Shown: positions 31,285-41,882 of the stretch, piece after piece | Layout of the letters: every line of letters starts with the position of its first letter | How positions within the stretch are numbered: the stretch's first letter is position 1 | Assembly: GCA_048885525.1 (NCBI GenBank) | Contig: JBHLLP010000002.1 | Span: forward strand, 32,001 to 96,000 | Reading direction: 5' to 3' | DNA: 64,000 nucleotides | Source: Candidatus Hermodarchaeota archaeon | Lineage (GTDB): Archaea > Asgardarchaeota > Lokiarchaeia > Sigyniarchaeales > SOKP01 | Program-made: the position numbers and the translations under genes | Notes under the pieces: generated by a model | What the model was told of the DNA's origin: nothing | What the model saw: only the letters and a program-made list of their open reading frames with translations | Databases searched by the model: none

Positions 31285-31542
31285 AAAAATTACCTTTTTT
31301 TTAATGATTATAAAGAATTATCTTATTCATGAATATTCAATTTAAATATTTAATTTACTCTTATAAATATAAAAAATTAGATCAATAAAAAATATAGTAT
31401 TCAGAGAAATTTTAATATATTCTAAATTTAATTTATAAATAAATTCTAAAAGTAATGAAATATCTATTTAATAAAACAGTTTTTTTTAGATTTATGGTAT
31501 TTTTGTTTGTTCAAATTTATGAAAAGGTGAAAAAGAAGCTTA

Positions 31543-32205
31543 ATGAACATTAAGGATAAAATAACGCAATGGAGAGAATATTCGAAAATATCTGATTTAG
31601 GAATTATAGCTAGAAGGAAGTTCTTTAATAATGCCTTTGATGGTGCATTAACGTGTGCCGGAATTATAAGTGGAATTTTCATAATATTCTTAGCAGAACC
31701 TTTAACATTTGAAAGCCAAGATGTGCTTATAACTGGATTTGCTACGGCACTAGCTATAGGAATTAGTGGTTTATGGGGTGCATTTCTTTCTGAAGAAGCT
31801 GAACGAAAGAAAAAAGTTATAGATATGAAGAGGGACATGGCGGAGTTTGAAGAAGAATCTGAAAATCTGGAATTGTTACATATAAAGGATAAATATACGA
31901 AAGGAAATAAAAAAAAACCAAGGTCATTACTAGAAAAAGCAGAAAAATACGCCACAATTGTAGCTTCTTTAGTAGATGGTGGAGCACCAGTTTTAGGAAG
32001 TTCTCTTCCTCTAATTCCTTTTTTCTTTGGAGCATATCTGAATGTGTATCATTTTATATTTTCTTATGTTATTCTAGCTGGTTTGCTTGTATATTTAGGT
32101 GTATTTTTAGGGCAAATTTCAGGAGGAGGTCGTATAAGATATGCATTACATTTGATAACAGCAGGTATAGTAACTTTAATCGTTTCGATACTGCTTGGTC
32201 TCTAA
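31543..32205 (+). CDS. VIT1/CCC1-like membrane protein
   Basis: ARRKFFNNAFDG, ISGLWGAFLSEEAE, LPLIPF. Confidence 0.82.
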   Translation: MNIKDKITQWREYSKISDLGIIARRKFFNNAFDGALTCAGIISGIFIIFLAEPLTFESQDVLITGFATALAIGISGLWGAFLSEEAERKKKVIDMKRDMAEFEEESENLELLHIKDKYTKGNKKKPRSLLEKAEKYATIVASLVDGGAPVLGSSLPLIPFFFGAYLNVYHFIFSYVILAGLLVYLGVFLGQISGGGRIRYALHLITAGIVTLIVSILLGL

Positions 32206-32302
32206 TATTATAAGGTGTATTATAAAATCAATCAAATTATTAAAAGATGAATAGAATTAAGGAGGATATCTATTCTAAATAGATTTTTAAATATTAAATA
32301 AG

Positions 32303-33016
32303 ATGTTAGAAAAAGTCAAAACATACGCAAAAATAACACACTTATGGGGAATAGCTCGACGTTATTTTGTTAATAACTTCTATGATGGAATGCTAACAGT
32401 TTTAGGAGTCCTTTTGGGTTTTTTTGTTTTGGTCCTTAAAGAAAATCAACCATTAATCGACAGTCATCTTGTCATTTTAACAGGTTTAGGAAGTTGTATA
32501 TCTATGTTTATGTCAGGTCTAACTGGATCATATCTTTCAGAGAAAGCTGAACAAAAAAAAATAAAAGAGGAATTAAAAAAAGCAATGGTAATAGTTTCAA
32601 GCGAAGAAGAGGAACAGATTAAAGAAGATTCTGTTGAAATAAAAGAAATTGAGAAGGCAATGTTGATTAAAATAAATCATGATATCAATCCAAAGATAAA
32701 AATCAGATTGAGAAAAAGGATAAAAAAAAATAGAACTCTTCAAGAAAAAGCAGAGAGTTTTGCTAGTATTGTTGTTTCTTGTGTAAATGGTGGTTCACCT
32801 TTTTTAGGAGGTTTAATACCTCTAATTCCTTTTTTGTGCGTACCATCGGCTAATTTTGCAATCTTTATTATCTCATTTCTTTTAATTCTTGTTTGTATTA
32901 TATTACTTGGTATCTTTTTAGGTATAGTTTCAAAAGAGTCCATTATCAAAAATATATTTCAGATGACTTTTGCCTTCTTTATTACTCTTTTAATTTCCAT
33001 CTTTCTATTACGTTAA
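32303..33016 (+). CDS. VIT1/CCC1-like membrane protein (paralog)
   Basis: ARRYFVNNFYDG, MSGLTGSYLSEKAE, IPLIPF. Confidence 0.82.
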   Translation: MLEKVKTYAKITHLWGIARRYFVNNFYDGMLTVLGVLLGFFVLVLKENQPLIDSHLVILTGLGSCISMFMSGLTGSYLSEKAEQKKIKEELKKAMVIVSSEEEEQIKEDSVEIKEIEKAMLIKINHDINPKIKIRLRKRIKKNRTLQEKAESFASIVVSCVNGGSPFLGGLIPLIPFLCVPSANFAIFIISFLLILVCIILLGIFLGIVSKESIIKNIFQMTFAFFITLLISIFLLR

Positions 33017-33091
33017 ATTATTATCACAAATTTTAATTTTTGAGATTCATTTTACATTTTAACAAGATCATTTATAAAAGGACTGCGAAAA

Positions 33092-33883
33092 TTGAAAGCT
33101 GTGGGAGTAGATATTGGATCGTTAGAAACAAAAGTAGTATTACTTGATGATAAGAATATCGTGGATTATCGTATAGGACGTTCTACTTTTGATTTTAAAC
33201 GTGTTGGTAATAATTTATTCAATGATCTTTTAGAGCAAAATAATCTAAAAAAGAATGATGTTTATGTTATGAGTACTGGGTATGGTAGGAATACTGTATC
33301 TTTTGCTGATGATCGTATTACAGAGATTACAGCTCATGCGCGTGGAGTACAATATTTTTTCCCAGAAGCACATTCTGTTATAGATATAGGAGGCCAAGAT
33401 AGTAAAGCAATTGTAATATCAAAGAAAACAGGAAGTGTTATTGACTTCCAGATGAACGATAAATGCGCTGCTGGAACCGGTCGCTTTATTGAAGTGATGG
33501 CTGGAGCACTTGAGGTTCCCATTCAGGATATCGGGGAGTTAGCACTAAGATCTAATAATCCAGCATCTATTAGTTCTACATGTACTGTATTTGCTGAGTC
33601 TGAAGTTATATCTCTTTTTGCCAAGGGAACAAAAAAAGAAGATATAGCTGCGGGAATTCATAAATCAATTGCAAGGCGGGTTGCAGGAATGGCTAAAAGG
33701 ATAGGAGTTGCACCAGTTTTAGTCTTTTGTGGTGGAGTTGCTAAAAATGTTGGAGTTAAAAAATTTTTAGAACAAGAGTTAGGATTTGAAATAGTAATAC
33801 CAGAGTTTAATGGAAAAAGTAGTGCTCAACTTACAGGAGCAATTGGAGCTGCATTAATTGCTCAAGATCAAAATCACAGCTAA
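33092..33883 (+). CDS. 2-hydroxyacyl-CoA dehydratase activator (HgdC/BadF-type ATPase)
   Basis: GVDIGS, TGYGR, DIGGQDSK, MNDKCAAGTGRF, STCTVFAESE. Confidence 0.93.
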   Translation: MKAVGVDIGSLETKVVLLDDKNIVDYRIGRSTFDFKRVGNNLFNDLLEQNNLKKNDVYVMSTGYGRNTVSFADDRITEITAHARGVQYFFPEAHSVIDIGGQDSKAIVISKKTGSVIDFQMNDKCAAGTGRFIEVMAGALEVPIQDIGELALRSNNPASISSTCTVFAESEVISLFAKGTKKEDIAAGIHKSIARRVAGMAKRIGVAPVLVFCGGVAKNVGVKKFLEQELGFEIVIPEFNGKSSAQLTGAIGAALIAQDQNHS

Positions 33884-33991
33884 GTTCTTTTACTATTTTT
33901 TTTTGAAATTTTAGGTTTTGGATAATTATAATAAATTTTATGTATAAATAACTCCTTTTTGATTAATAATTCATAGTTGTAAAAAATTATA

Positions 33992-35128
33992 ATGGAAAAT
34001 ATAGAGCTTTTATCAGAATTCACGACATTTTTAAGAGAAAAAAAAGAAGAAGGAAAAAAGATTGTTGCATTTATTTCTCATGACAATATCCCTGAAGAAT
34101 TAATTGATGCTGCTGGTTTTTTCCCTTTAAGACTAATTTTTGCTGGAAATGATGATTTAATGCAAGCAAGCCATGATTACTTACCACCTTCTACTTGTGC
34201 ATTTATTCAGTCTTGTATTGGATTGTTTTCAATGAAGCCTAGTCAATATACGTTTTTAAATTTAATTGATTTCTTCATTGTTTCAAACCATTGTGTTTCT
34301 GATATTTGTGCCTCTGAAATAATTTCCAAATATTTTAATATTCCCCGTTTAAATTTTTATATTTCATATACTAAGAAAGATAATAGTTTGAAATATTTCA
34401 AACTGGAATTAATCGAATTGAAAAAACAATTAGAAAACATTATTGGCTATAAAATAGAAGATGAGGTTTTTAAAAAGAGTATTAAAAAGTATAATTCTTA
34501 TAAAAAAAAACTGTTAGAGTTTAATCTTTTAAATATTAGGGGATCAGAAAAACTAAAAATAATTCAAAGAGCGATGCTTTTTGGACCTTCATTTCTTCCT
34601 AAATTAGAATTATATATCCAAAAATACAAGGATAATCAAATTCTAAATTCTAATGGTCTAAAAGACATTTTATTAACTGGTGGTTCTATTTTTATAGATG
34701 ATCATCTGATTAATTTAATTGAAGAAGGAGGAGGAAATATTGTTTATTTGGATACTTGGATTGGAAATAATTATTATTCTCAAATATTCGGAGATGATGT
34801 CTTGGGTTCAATAGAGAATCCATATGATTTATTAGTTCAGCGATTTAAAAATAATATTTTTGGAGATCATTCTGTGCCAAACTTCTTAGAAAATAAAATC
34901 TCACAAATCGAGCAAATTTATTTAGCCCATAAAAGAAAGACTGGTAAAAAATTAGGTATTATAAATCACATAATTAAATTCTGTGATCATATTTCTCTTA
35001 TGTCAACACATTTGAAAAATCAATTACAAGAAAAAGGGATTCAAGTTTTAAATTTAGAGAGAGATTATTCTAGAGCAATTCGGGGTCAACTTAATACTAG
35101 GATAGAAGCATTTTTGGAGATGATTTAA
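33992..35128 (+). CDS. 2-hydroxyacyl-CoA dehydratase subunit
   Basis: PEELIDAAG, three spaced Cys (STC, HC, KFCD), TRIEAFLEM. Confidence 0.88.
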   Translation: MENIELLSEFTTFLREKKEEGKKIVAFISHDNIPEELIDAAGFFPLRLIFAGNDDLMQASHDYLPPSTCAFIQSCIGLFSMKPSQYTFLNLIDFFIVSNHCVSDICASEIISKYFNIPRLNFYISYTKKDNSLKYFKLELIELKKQLENIIGYKIEDEVFKKSIKKYNSYKKKLLEFNLLNIRGSEKLKIIQRAMLFGPSFLPKLELYIQKYKDNQILNSNGLKDILLTGGSIFIDDHLINLIEEGGGNIVYLDTWIGNNYYSQIFGDDVLGSIENPYDLLVQRFKNNIFGDHSVPNFLENKISQIEQIYLAHKRKTGKKLGIINHIIKFCDHISLMSTHLKNQLQEKGIQVLNLERDYSRAIRGQLNTRIEAFLEMI

Positions 35129-35131
35129 AAA

Positions 35132-36490
35132 ATGAGTCTTATAGCTGATGAGATTGTTCGGTTTAGTTCTGTTCTTAGAATCTCTTATAATCTTTTAACA
35201 GGGCGAGATTATTTAAAAAGAAAGAAATTTCGAGAAAAAAAGAAACTAATTTCAATCGCATTACCTTTTTCTGACTTAGTTTATGGCTTTCCTGACTTAG
35301 TGCCTGTATTTCCAATTAGAATGCATAAATTTGAAATGCATAGATATTTAACATATTTAGGTTCTGCATCAAATATTTTTGGCTGGAAAAATGTGTCAAA
35401 TTTTTTAGGATTTATAAAAAATCTTGGTATTGGAGATTTTAATAAAATTATAGATGAAATCATTGAAAATGTAATAGATACAGTGAATGATAAGTACAAT
35501 GAGATGTATGACCTTGGAATAGAAAGTGGAGTTCCGACTGATTTTTGTTATGGAATAAAATCTCTCTATGGAATGCATATGAGTAAAGGTAAAAATGTAG
35601 AAGCTACATTAAATTATACTATTCGATGTAGTGCTTGGAATAAATACTTAGAATCATTGAAAACCGTTCAGAATCCAGCAAGACAGATTTGGATTGATGT
35701 CCCACCAAGAAACATCGGGAATGCGTTAGAATTGCTAACAGATAATCTTTATGATGCTGTTAGAGAATTAGAAAAAGTAAGTGGAAATAGCTATGATAAA
35801 TATATTCTTCGAAATCATTTTCAAGTTGCTAATGATATAAGAAAATATTATAAAACTATTCTTTATGAAATAAGTTTATCTGAATTTTATCCATGTAATC
35901 CTGCTACGTTTAGTGAAATATTAGTGATACTAAACAATAGTTTTCAAGACTATAATTCTAATGCAACTCGATATCGGGACAATATGGCATCATTAGTAAA
36001 TGAAATGAAAGAAAGAATCAAAAATAAAATTGGTATAGATGTCAGTAATATGCCCCGAATATTAATTACTCCTATGTTTGGTGGGTGGGAACCAAAAAGT
36101 CATGAAATAATATATGAGTTAGGAGGTCGAGCTTTATATGCTGATTGGGATATGTTATTACTTTTAGAAGATATTCCTATTACTAAAATATCTGATCCTG
36201 TTGAAGCTTATGCTCATTATTTAATGAATGCAACTGTAAATGGGATAGGATGTGATAATGATGCTCTATCGGATTCTTATATGAGGTTGGCAAAAAATTT
36301 AAATGCTGATGGTCTTGTCTTTATTCAACTTTTTGGTTGCCATTCAATATCCAATTGTTTCACAATGTTAAAGGAAAAAATTCGTCAAGAACTAGAAATT
36401 CCGTGTATCGCTCTAAATTTTAATAAAATTGGTGAGAATGTGGAACAGGTTAAAACTCGTTTAGGAGCTTTTATGGAAATGTTTAATTAA
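35132..36490 (+). CDS. 2-hydroxyacyl-CoA dehydratase subunit
   Basis: DFCYG, RCSAW, IDVP, DGLVF...GCH, QVKTRLGAFMEM. Confidence 0.82.
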   Translation: MSLIADEIVRFSSVLRISYNLLTGRDYLKRKKFREKKKLISIALPFSDLVYGFPDLVPVFPIRMHKFEMHRYLTYLGSASNIFGWKNVSNFLGFIKNLGIGDFNKIIDEIIENVIDTVNDKYNEMYDLGIESGVPTDFCYGIKSLYGMHMSKGKNVEATLNYTIRCSAWNKYLESLKTVQNPARQIWIDVPPRNIGNALELLTDNLYDAVRELEKVSGNSYDKYILRNHFQVANDIRKYYKTILYEISLSEFYPCNPATFSEILVILNNSFQDYNSNATRYRDNMASLVNEMKERIKNKIGIDVSNMPRILITPMFGGWEPKSHEIIYELGGRALYADWDMLLLLEDIPITKISDPVEAYAHYLMNATVNGIGCDNDALSDSYMRLAKNLNADGLVFIQLFGCHSISNCFTMLKEKIRQELEIPCIALNFNKIGENVEQVKTRLGAFMEMFN

Positions 36491-36580
36491 TCTTATAAAA
36501 AAGGAAGGTTTAATATTTTGTTAATAATGATTTCTTTTGATAAAAATAAAGAATAATTACACCTCTGGGGGTTAGATTTT

Positions 36581-38044
36581 GTGTTATTCCATGATAAAGT
36601 TAAAGAATTGGATTCAGATTCATATAAAGACTATTACGTTCTTTGCGGGATTGAAGAGGAATTCCTCATAATTAATAAAAATGGAAGATTAGCAAAAGTA
36701 GCAGATGATATAATGGTGAAATCTGCTGAAATTCTTGAAAAAGATCAAAATTTTCTGAATTCACTTCAAGTAAAAATACGAGGACTTGATGCTGAACCTT
36801 CACCTTCGCAAATAGAATATGTTACTTTACCTTTACCTCCTACTTCCTTGGAACAAGCTGTAAAAGAAGGAAGGAAATTACTAACTGAAGCTGCAAAACA
36901 GCTTGGTGTTAAAATACTTGCACAAAGCCTTCATCCCATACAGAGTGATCCTAATCCAATTTCTGGAACTCATATTAATGTTTCTGTTCAAAAAAAAGGG
37001 AGCTTAATGACTCCTGAAGATATGAAAATAGTATATAATTACTTGTGGGATTATCTTCCAGAAATAATTGGAATTTCAGCAAATTCATATGTTTATAGAG
37101 GAAGTTGGAATAACATAGCTAGTAACCGATGTGCCAATAGTTCTGTCCTTAAATCAAATGGATTTGCATTGATACAGATTCCTGAAAATCGACCTGCTCT
37201 GATTCCTATGCGTTATTATGGTCGAATGAGATATAAACTTAAAATAGGATTTGAAGAAGATGAGTTTTCCAAAAAGGTTATTACTAATAATCGTGGAGAT
37301 CGTTTAGTAGATATAACACCAAGAGGTCCTTTTACAAACATCAGTGATGATAACGATGAATTACCCTCAAGAAATCGGATAGAAATTCGTATAATTGACG
37401 TACAATATAATAATGAGGATTTACTTGATTTAGCGTATCTATGTTGTGCTTCTGCACTTCATGCGATCCATCTCCAATCAACAGGAGAAATTATTCAAGA
37501 CCCATATCATACTAAGAATTTAGAAAATGCTATCGCAAATGGAACTAAAGCTATTTTTAAAAGACCAAACGGAGTAAGTGAAGCCTTAGAAGATAGCATA
37601 ACAAGATGGATAGATGAAACTAGGATTTACCAAGATTCATTAAACATCAAAATTAAAAACCTACCCGATACAAAAATTAAAACGGATCAATCTCAAAAAG
37701 AGCTTAATATTGAATATCAAACGAGAAAAATTGAAAAGCTAAGACAGCAAGGCAGAAATTATGTCGTTATGGAATTAGTAGAACCGAGAATTGTGACTGA
37801 TAGGAGAGGAAATCGCTATAAAATTACTGCTGGCACCCAAGTTCGAGGTAATTTAGAAGCAAATTATAGTTTTTCTTATGACGATATTGATGGAATGGTG
37901 ACTAACTTCAACGGGATACGAGTTGTTAATAATCTTGTGGTCCAAAATCTTAAAATACCAATATTAGAAAGTGATCGTGTTTTAAGAGGACAATCTGAAT
38001 CAGAATCCTTATTAGATAGATTGTTTGGTGACTTTTTCTTCTAA
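36581..38044 (+). CDS. Glutamate--cysteine ligase (GCS2)-like carboxylate-amine ligase
   Basis: GIEEEFLI, QIEY, GTHINVS, SANS, RIEIRIID motifs. Confidence 0.8.
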   Translation: MLFHDKVKELDSDSYKDYYVLCGIEEEFLIINKNGRLAKVADDIMVKSAEILEKDQNFLNSLQVKIRGLDAEPSPSQIEYVTLPLPPTSLEQAVKEGRKLLTEAAKQLGVKILAQSLHPIQSDPNPISGTHINVSVQKKGSLMTPEDMKIVYNYLWDYLPEIIGISANSYVYRGSWNNIASNRCANSSVLKSNGFALIQIPENRPALIPMRYYGRMRYKLKIGFEEDEFSKKVITNNRGDRLVDITPRGPFTNISDDNDELPSRNRIEIRIIDVQYNNEDLLDLAYLCCASALHAIHLQSTGEIIQDPYHTKNLENAIANGTKAIFKRPNGVSEALEDSITRWIDETRIYQDSLNIKIKNLPDTKIKTDQSQKELNIEYQTRKIEKLRQQGRNYVVMELVEPRIVTDRRGNRYKITAGTQVRGNLEANYSFSYDDIDGMVTNFNGIRVVNNLVVQNLKIPILESDRVLRGQSESESLLDRLFGDFFF

Positions 38045-38071
38045 ATAAAAATTAAGCAAATTACTAAGAAT

Positions 38072-38437
38072 ATGAATCAAAAAAATAATACTTGTTATAA
38101 ATGTGATAAACTCTTCGTTTATGGTACATTACAACATGGTCAAAGCAGAAATTATATACTGGGAGGTTTAAAATTTAAAAAAGCTATTCTATTAAATTAT
38201 AGAAAAGTGGAACCCCCATCCTTGGGGTTTCCATTTATCGTTAATGAAGTTAATAGTAATGTTGAAGGTGAGGTATATTATGGTGTTGGACAATCTCTTA
38301 TTAATCAAATCGATATGATTGAAGGAGAAGGGAAATTATACCATAGAATCTTAGTTAAAGTACAATTGCAAGATGGAAGTGAAACAGATGCTTATACATA
38401 TTACCCCTCTGAGATTTTAATTAAAAATTATACATAA
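38072..38437 (+). CDS. Gamma-glutamylcyclotransferase (AIG2-like)
   Basis: LFVYGTL, VEGEVY, IDMIEG...Y.R, AYTY. Confidence 0.9.
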   Translation: MNQKNNTCYKCDKLFVYGTLQHGQSRNYILGGLKFKKAILLNYRKVEPPSLGFPFIVNEVNSNVEGEVYYGVGQSLINQIDMIEGEGKLYHRILVKVQLQDGSETDAYTYYPSEILIKNYT

Positions 38438-38454
38438 TTCATTGGAAGATTTTA

Positions 38455-39198
38455 ATGAGTGAAGAAAATTCTTTGGAAAATGAAAAAATAAATCAAATTC
38501 TTCTTATAGATAATTATTCTCGAGGTTTGCCAACAGATAGAATAACTAGAATAGAAACAATTATAAATAACTGCATAGCTGAAGTAGAGTTAAAAACGAT
38601 TCACTTTACTCAATTTAAAGCTGAAATTGTAGAAAATTATATTGGGGTTATACTCTCTGGATCTGAATTGAATGTCTCTAGTTTTTATTATGACGAAAGA
38701 ATAAAAAAGAAATTCAAAGCTCAATTGGCTTTAATTCAAAAAATAAATCAAATTCCAATTCTTGCATTATGTTTTGGATTTCATTTGGTTGCATATGCGT
38801 ATGGGGCTCAAATAAGTAGGATGAGGCTCCTAGGACTAGGAGGAAGAATTATTTTTATTTTATTGAAAGAAACAGATGAACTTATAACACAGAAAAACAT
38901 ACCAGTTAATGTTCATCACCTTGATTTCGTGTCTCCAAATGATTGTAAAATCCAAAAAAATTTTAATATTATCAGTGAATCCCGAACAATGGGCTATAAA
39001 ATGGTTCAGTATATGAAGCATTGTGATAAACCAATATTTGCAGTTCAATTTCATCCAGAAACTCATAATCCTTATTATTTTAATCCAGGTTTATTTGATG
39101 AGAGAATCGCAGAAAAAACAAGGATGACGGGAGAAAAAATCATTGAAAACTTCATATGGATGTGTTCTTACCAAAAAAAAAATAAATTTAGTAAGTAA
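38455..39198 (+). CDS. Class I glutamine amidotransferase / gamma-glutamyl hydrolase-like
   Basis: LIDNY, ILSGS, LALCFG, QFHPE (Cys-His-Glu triad). Confidence 0.88.
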   Translation: MSEENSLENEKINQILLIDNYSRGLPTDRITRIETIINNCIAEVELKTIHFTQFKAEIVENYIGVILSGSELNVSSFYYDERIKKKFKAQLALIQKINQIPILALCFGFHLVAYAYGAQISRMRLLGLGGRIIFILLKETDELITQKNIPVNVHHLDFVSPNDCKIQKNFNIISESRTMGYKMVQYMKHCDKPIFAVQFHPETHNPYYFNPGLFDERIAEKTRMTGEKIIENFIWMCSYQKKNKFSK

Positions 39199-39209
39199 AA
39201 AAGCAAAAA

Positions 39210-40718
39210 TCATGAAGTTCTTTTCATATTTTTTTCTTTTTTAGAAGATCTTTTCGACTGCCACGGATAAGTTGATAAAGCAGCTATTATAGGTTCTTTA
39301 GATTTTCTTATCCGGAATAAAAATGTCATTGATTTTCTTATTTCTAATAAAAATTCATTTCTAATAATTTTATTATTGACTTCTCCTTTTTCTTTTACTA
39401 ATGCTAATCTATGTAGGGCAAATATACCTAATATAAGTGCGATTATAAAGAAAAAATCCATTCCTTGTAAATTTAATATTTGGATTGATCCACTATTATT
39501 TGGAGAGTTCCAATTAAGCGTCCAATAAAATTCAGAAAGTTCAAAATAATTAGCACATAAACCACCGATTATGGGAGCAATTCCTAGGGGAATAGAAGTG
39601 AATAAAGTCGTAACCGCAAGATACCAATTAGCTTTTCCTTTTGGAGCTAATTTTAAACTAATATTACTTAATGCGAGGGTAGTTCCTGCTAATGAAATTC
39701 CAGTAAAAATATGGATCAAAATCAATAGTGGCATTGTGAACCAGTAAAATCCCGGTAATGATGTAAAAACCCAAGCTAGTATACAAAAAAGAAATAAAGG
39801 ACAAGAGACATTTAATACAGATTTATTACTAAATCTATCAGAAAGATGACCCCATAATTGTAAGAAAATAAGATTTACAATTTGACTTATCGCTATGAGA
39901 CAGATTACTAATGTTAAGCTTAAATGTAATTTTTCAAGCATATAAACAGTAAAGAATGGTACCGTAAATCCAATGGTAAAATACCACAGAAATAAAAACT
40001 TTAGTAAATTTTTATAATTTTTGTCTCTATAAGGTTCAGAAATTAATTGGGGGAGTTTTGGTTTCATTTCCAGCATTATCATTGTAGGTTCTGAAATTTT
40101 TGATATATAATAGACACTAATCATTCCAAAAGCAAATCCTAAAAAATAAAGAATTGAATAACCTAAATCTTGAATATGTGTGAAACTAAATCTCCATATA
40201 TCTATAAATATTCCAGCAAATAAAGTAGTTATTAATCCCATAACTGTGGATAATAATATCCTTCTTGAATAGAATTTTCCAAGTATTTTTTGTGGTATGA
40301 GATCATGCATCCAAAAATTCCAAGCGGTATGACCAATTGAAGCGAAAATGGATTGCAATGTTAAAAAAAGTACTAAAAAAATTAAACTTAATTCAAATGT
40401 GAAAAGAAAAGGAATTAATCCTATAGCTAATATACATAATCTATACAAAATTAGACTATAGACTGTAATCACACGCCTATTACGTAATTTTTCGATAATA
40501 AAAATAGTTGGAATCTGAAAAAAATTACATAATGTTGGAATCGCTCCCAAGAGTCCTATTATAAGCAAGTTTGCCCCAAACCTTAAAGCAAAAGAAATTA
40601 AAATTGGACCAGCAGTTAGATTCACCATAATCTGAGAGATATATCCATCTTTAGTCACATTTTTTAGAGAAATTTCAATGTCATTTTCATTTAGAGTTTC
40701 TTGAGTTGGAAATATCAT
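39210..40718 (-). CDS. MFS transporter
   Basis: 12-TM pattern, WM.DLIP....GKF.SRR, WGHLSDRFSNK. Confidence 0.85.
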   Translation of the reverse strand: MIFPTQETLNENDIEISLKNVTKDGYISQIMVNLTAGPILISFALRFGANLLIIGLLGAIPTLCNFFQIPTIFIIEKLRNRRVITVYSLILYRLCILAIGLIPFLFTFELSLIFLVLFLTLQSIFASIGHTAWNFWMHDLIPQKILGKFYSRRILLSTVMGLITTLFAGIFIDIWRFSFTHIQDLGYSILYFLGFAFGMISVYYISKISEPTMIMLEMKPKLPQLISEPYRDKNYKNLLKFLFLWYFTIGFTVPFFTVYMLEKLHLSLTLVICLIAISQIVNLIFLQLWGHLSDRFSNKSVLNVSCPLFLFCILAWVFTSLPGFYWFTMPLLILIHIFTGISLAGTTLALSNISLKLAPKGKANWYLAVTTLFTSIPLGIAPIIGGLCANYFELSEFYWTLNWNSPNNSGSIQILNLQGMDFFFIIALILGIFALHRLALVKEKGEVNNKIIRNEFLLEIRKSMTFLFRIRKSKEPIIAALSTYPWQSKRSSKKEKNMKRTS

Positions 40719-40778
40719 AGTATAAATTTCTACAGGTATTTTTAGAAGGTTAGATCTATTATAATTATAAATGGTTAA

Positions 40779-41882
40779 TTAATTGATGGGAATTTTTTCT
40801 TTTGCTCCAAACTCCATTAACTCTTCAGTAATAATTCGTTTTTTAATAAAATCTTTTAAATCTAATCCAATTATTGTTCTTCCATCATTTCTAAAATTTT
40901 TTCCACATAATATGGATGAAAGATTAATTACAGAATCTATAATTGGTGTTTTAACACCTAAAAACTTAGCTAAAGATGAAATTGGGACCAAACCAGTTGG
41001 TATATCCTCTGTGAAATATCTTGTAATTAATTGCTTTGGCGAGTTTATATTTTTATAAGCATCTATATTTTGAATTGCGTCATATATGCATTTTTTTTTA
41101 ACACCATAGGATTTATGTGCCCAATTGCAAAATCTGATATGATTAAATCCTAAGATTTCAAAAATTTTATTCATTTCAATTTGAATATTTTCAAGGACCT
41201 CACAAATTCGAGTAGTTGCCCCCTCAGCATAAAATTTGAAACTTATTCCAGAATCCATGATACCTGCATTTAAAAGTGAAATTGTTGGATGCAATAACAT
41301 TCCAATATTAGTTAATGTCATTTCAAGATAATCTCTTACTGGATTTAACTGAGGAAATATATCTTTTAGTGTATCATACACAAAAAAAGTGTGTTTTTCC
41401 GGAAAAGCGGCAAAGTCGACAGAATCTTTGATCTTAAGAATTTTTACTCCATTCTTTTTTAGTTGCCTTGAAGTAAAAATCAGTGTTTGAGCTTCAGCAA
41501 TAAAAATGGGAAAAGAAATACCTTTCTTTTCAACTGTTCGTCTAAATTCAACGGCACCAAATGTTCTTCCAGGATTTAATATTATAATTTGATCTGGAGA
41601 GAGAAATTTTATAATTTTTTCAGCAATATCTCTATGTGCTGACGCAGGGATCACTATTAATATGATATCAACATCTCTTAATGCTAATTCTAAATTTTGT
41701 GTAGCTAAGTTAATTGGAAAAAAACCTTTTATTGCTCCAGATGCTTTTATTCCTCCTTTCTTTTTTATATCTACAATTCTTGAAAGTGAACGATTATATA
41801 GATTTACAGAATGTCCTTTCGAAGATAAATATGCTCCAAACGCACGACCACCGTTTCCAGCCCCTACAACACAAAACTTCAC
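40779..41882 (-). CDS. NAD/NADP opine (octopine/nopaline) dehydrogenase family protein
   Basis: GAGNGG, NPGRTFGA, NIGMLLHP, RYFTEDIP.GL. Confidence 0.9.
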   Translation of the reverse strand: MKFCVVGAGNGGRAFGAYLSSKGHSVNLYNRSLSRIVDIKKKGGIKASGAIKGFFPINLATQNLELALRDVDIILIVIPASAHRDIAEKIIKFLSPDQIIILNPGRTFGAVEFRRTVEKKGISFPIFIAEAQTLIFTSRQLKKNGVKILKIKDSVDFAAFPEKHTFFVYDTLKDIFPQLNPVRDYLEMTLTNIGMLLHPTISLLNAGIMDSGISFKFYAEGATTRICEVLENIQIEMNKIFEILGFNHIRFCNWAHKSYGVKKKCIYDAIQNIDAYKNINSPKQLITRYFTEDIPTGLVPISSLAKFLGVKTPIIDSVINLSSILCGKNFRNDGRTIIGLDLKDFIKKRIITEELMEFGAKEKIPIN

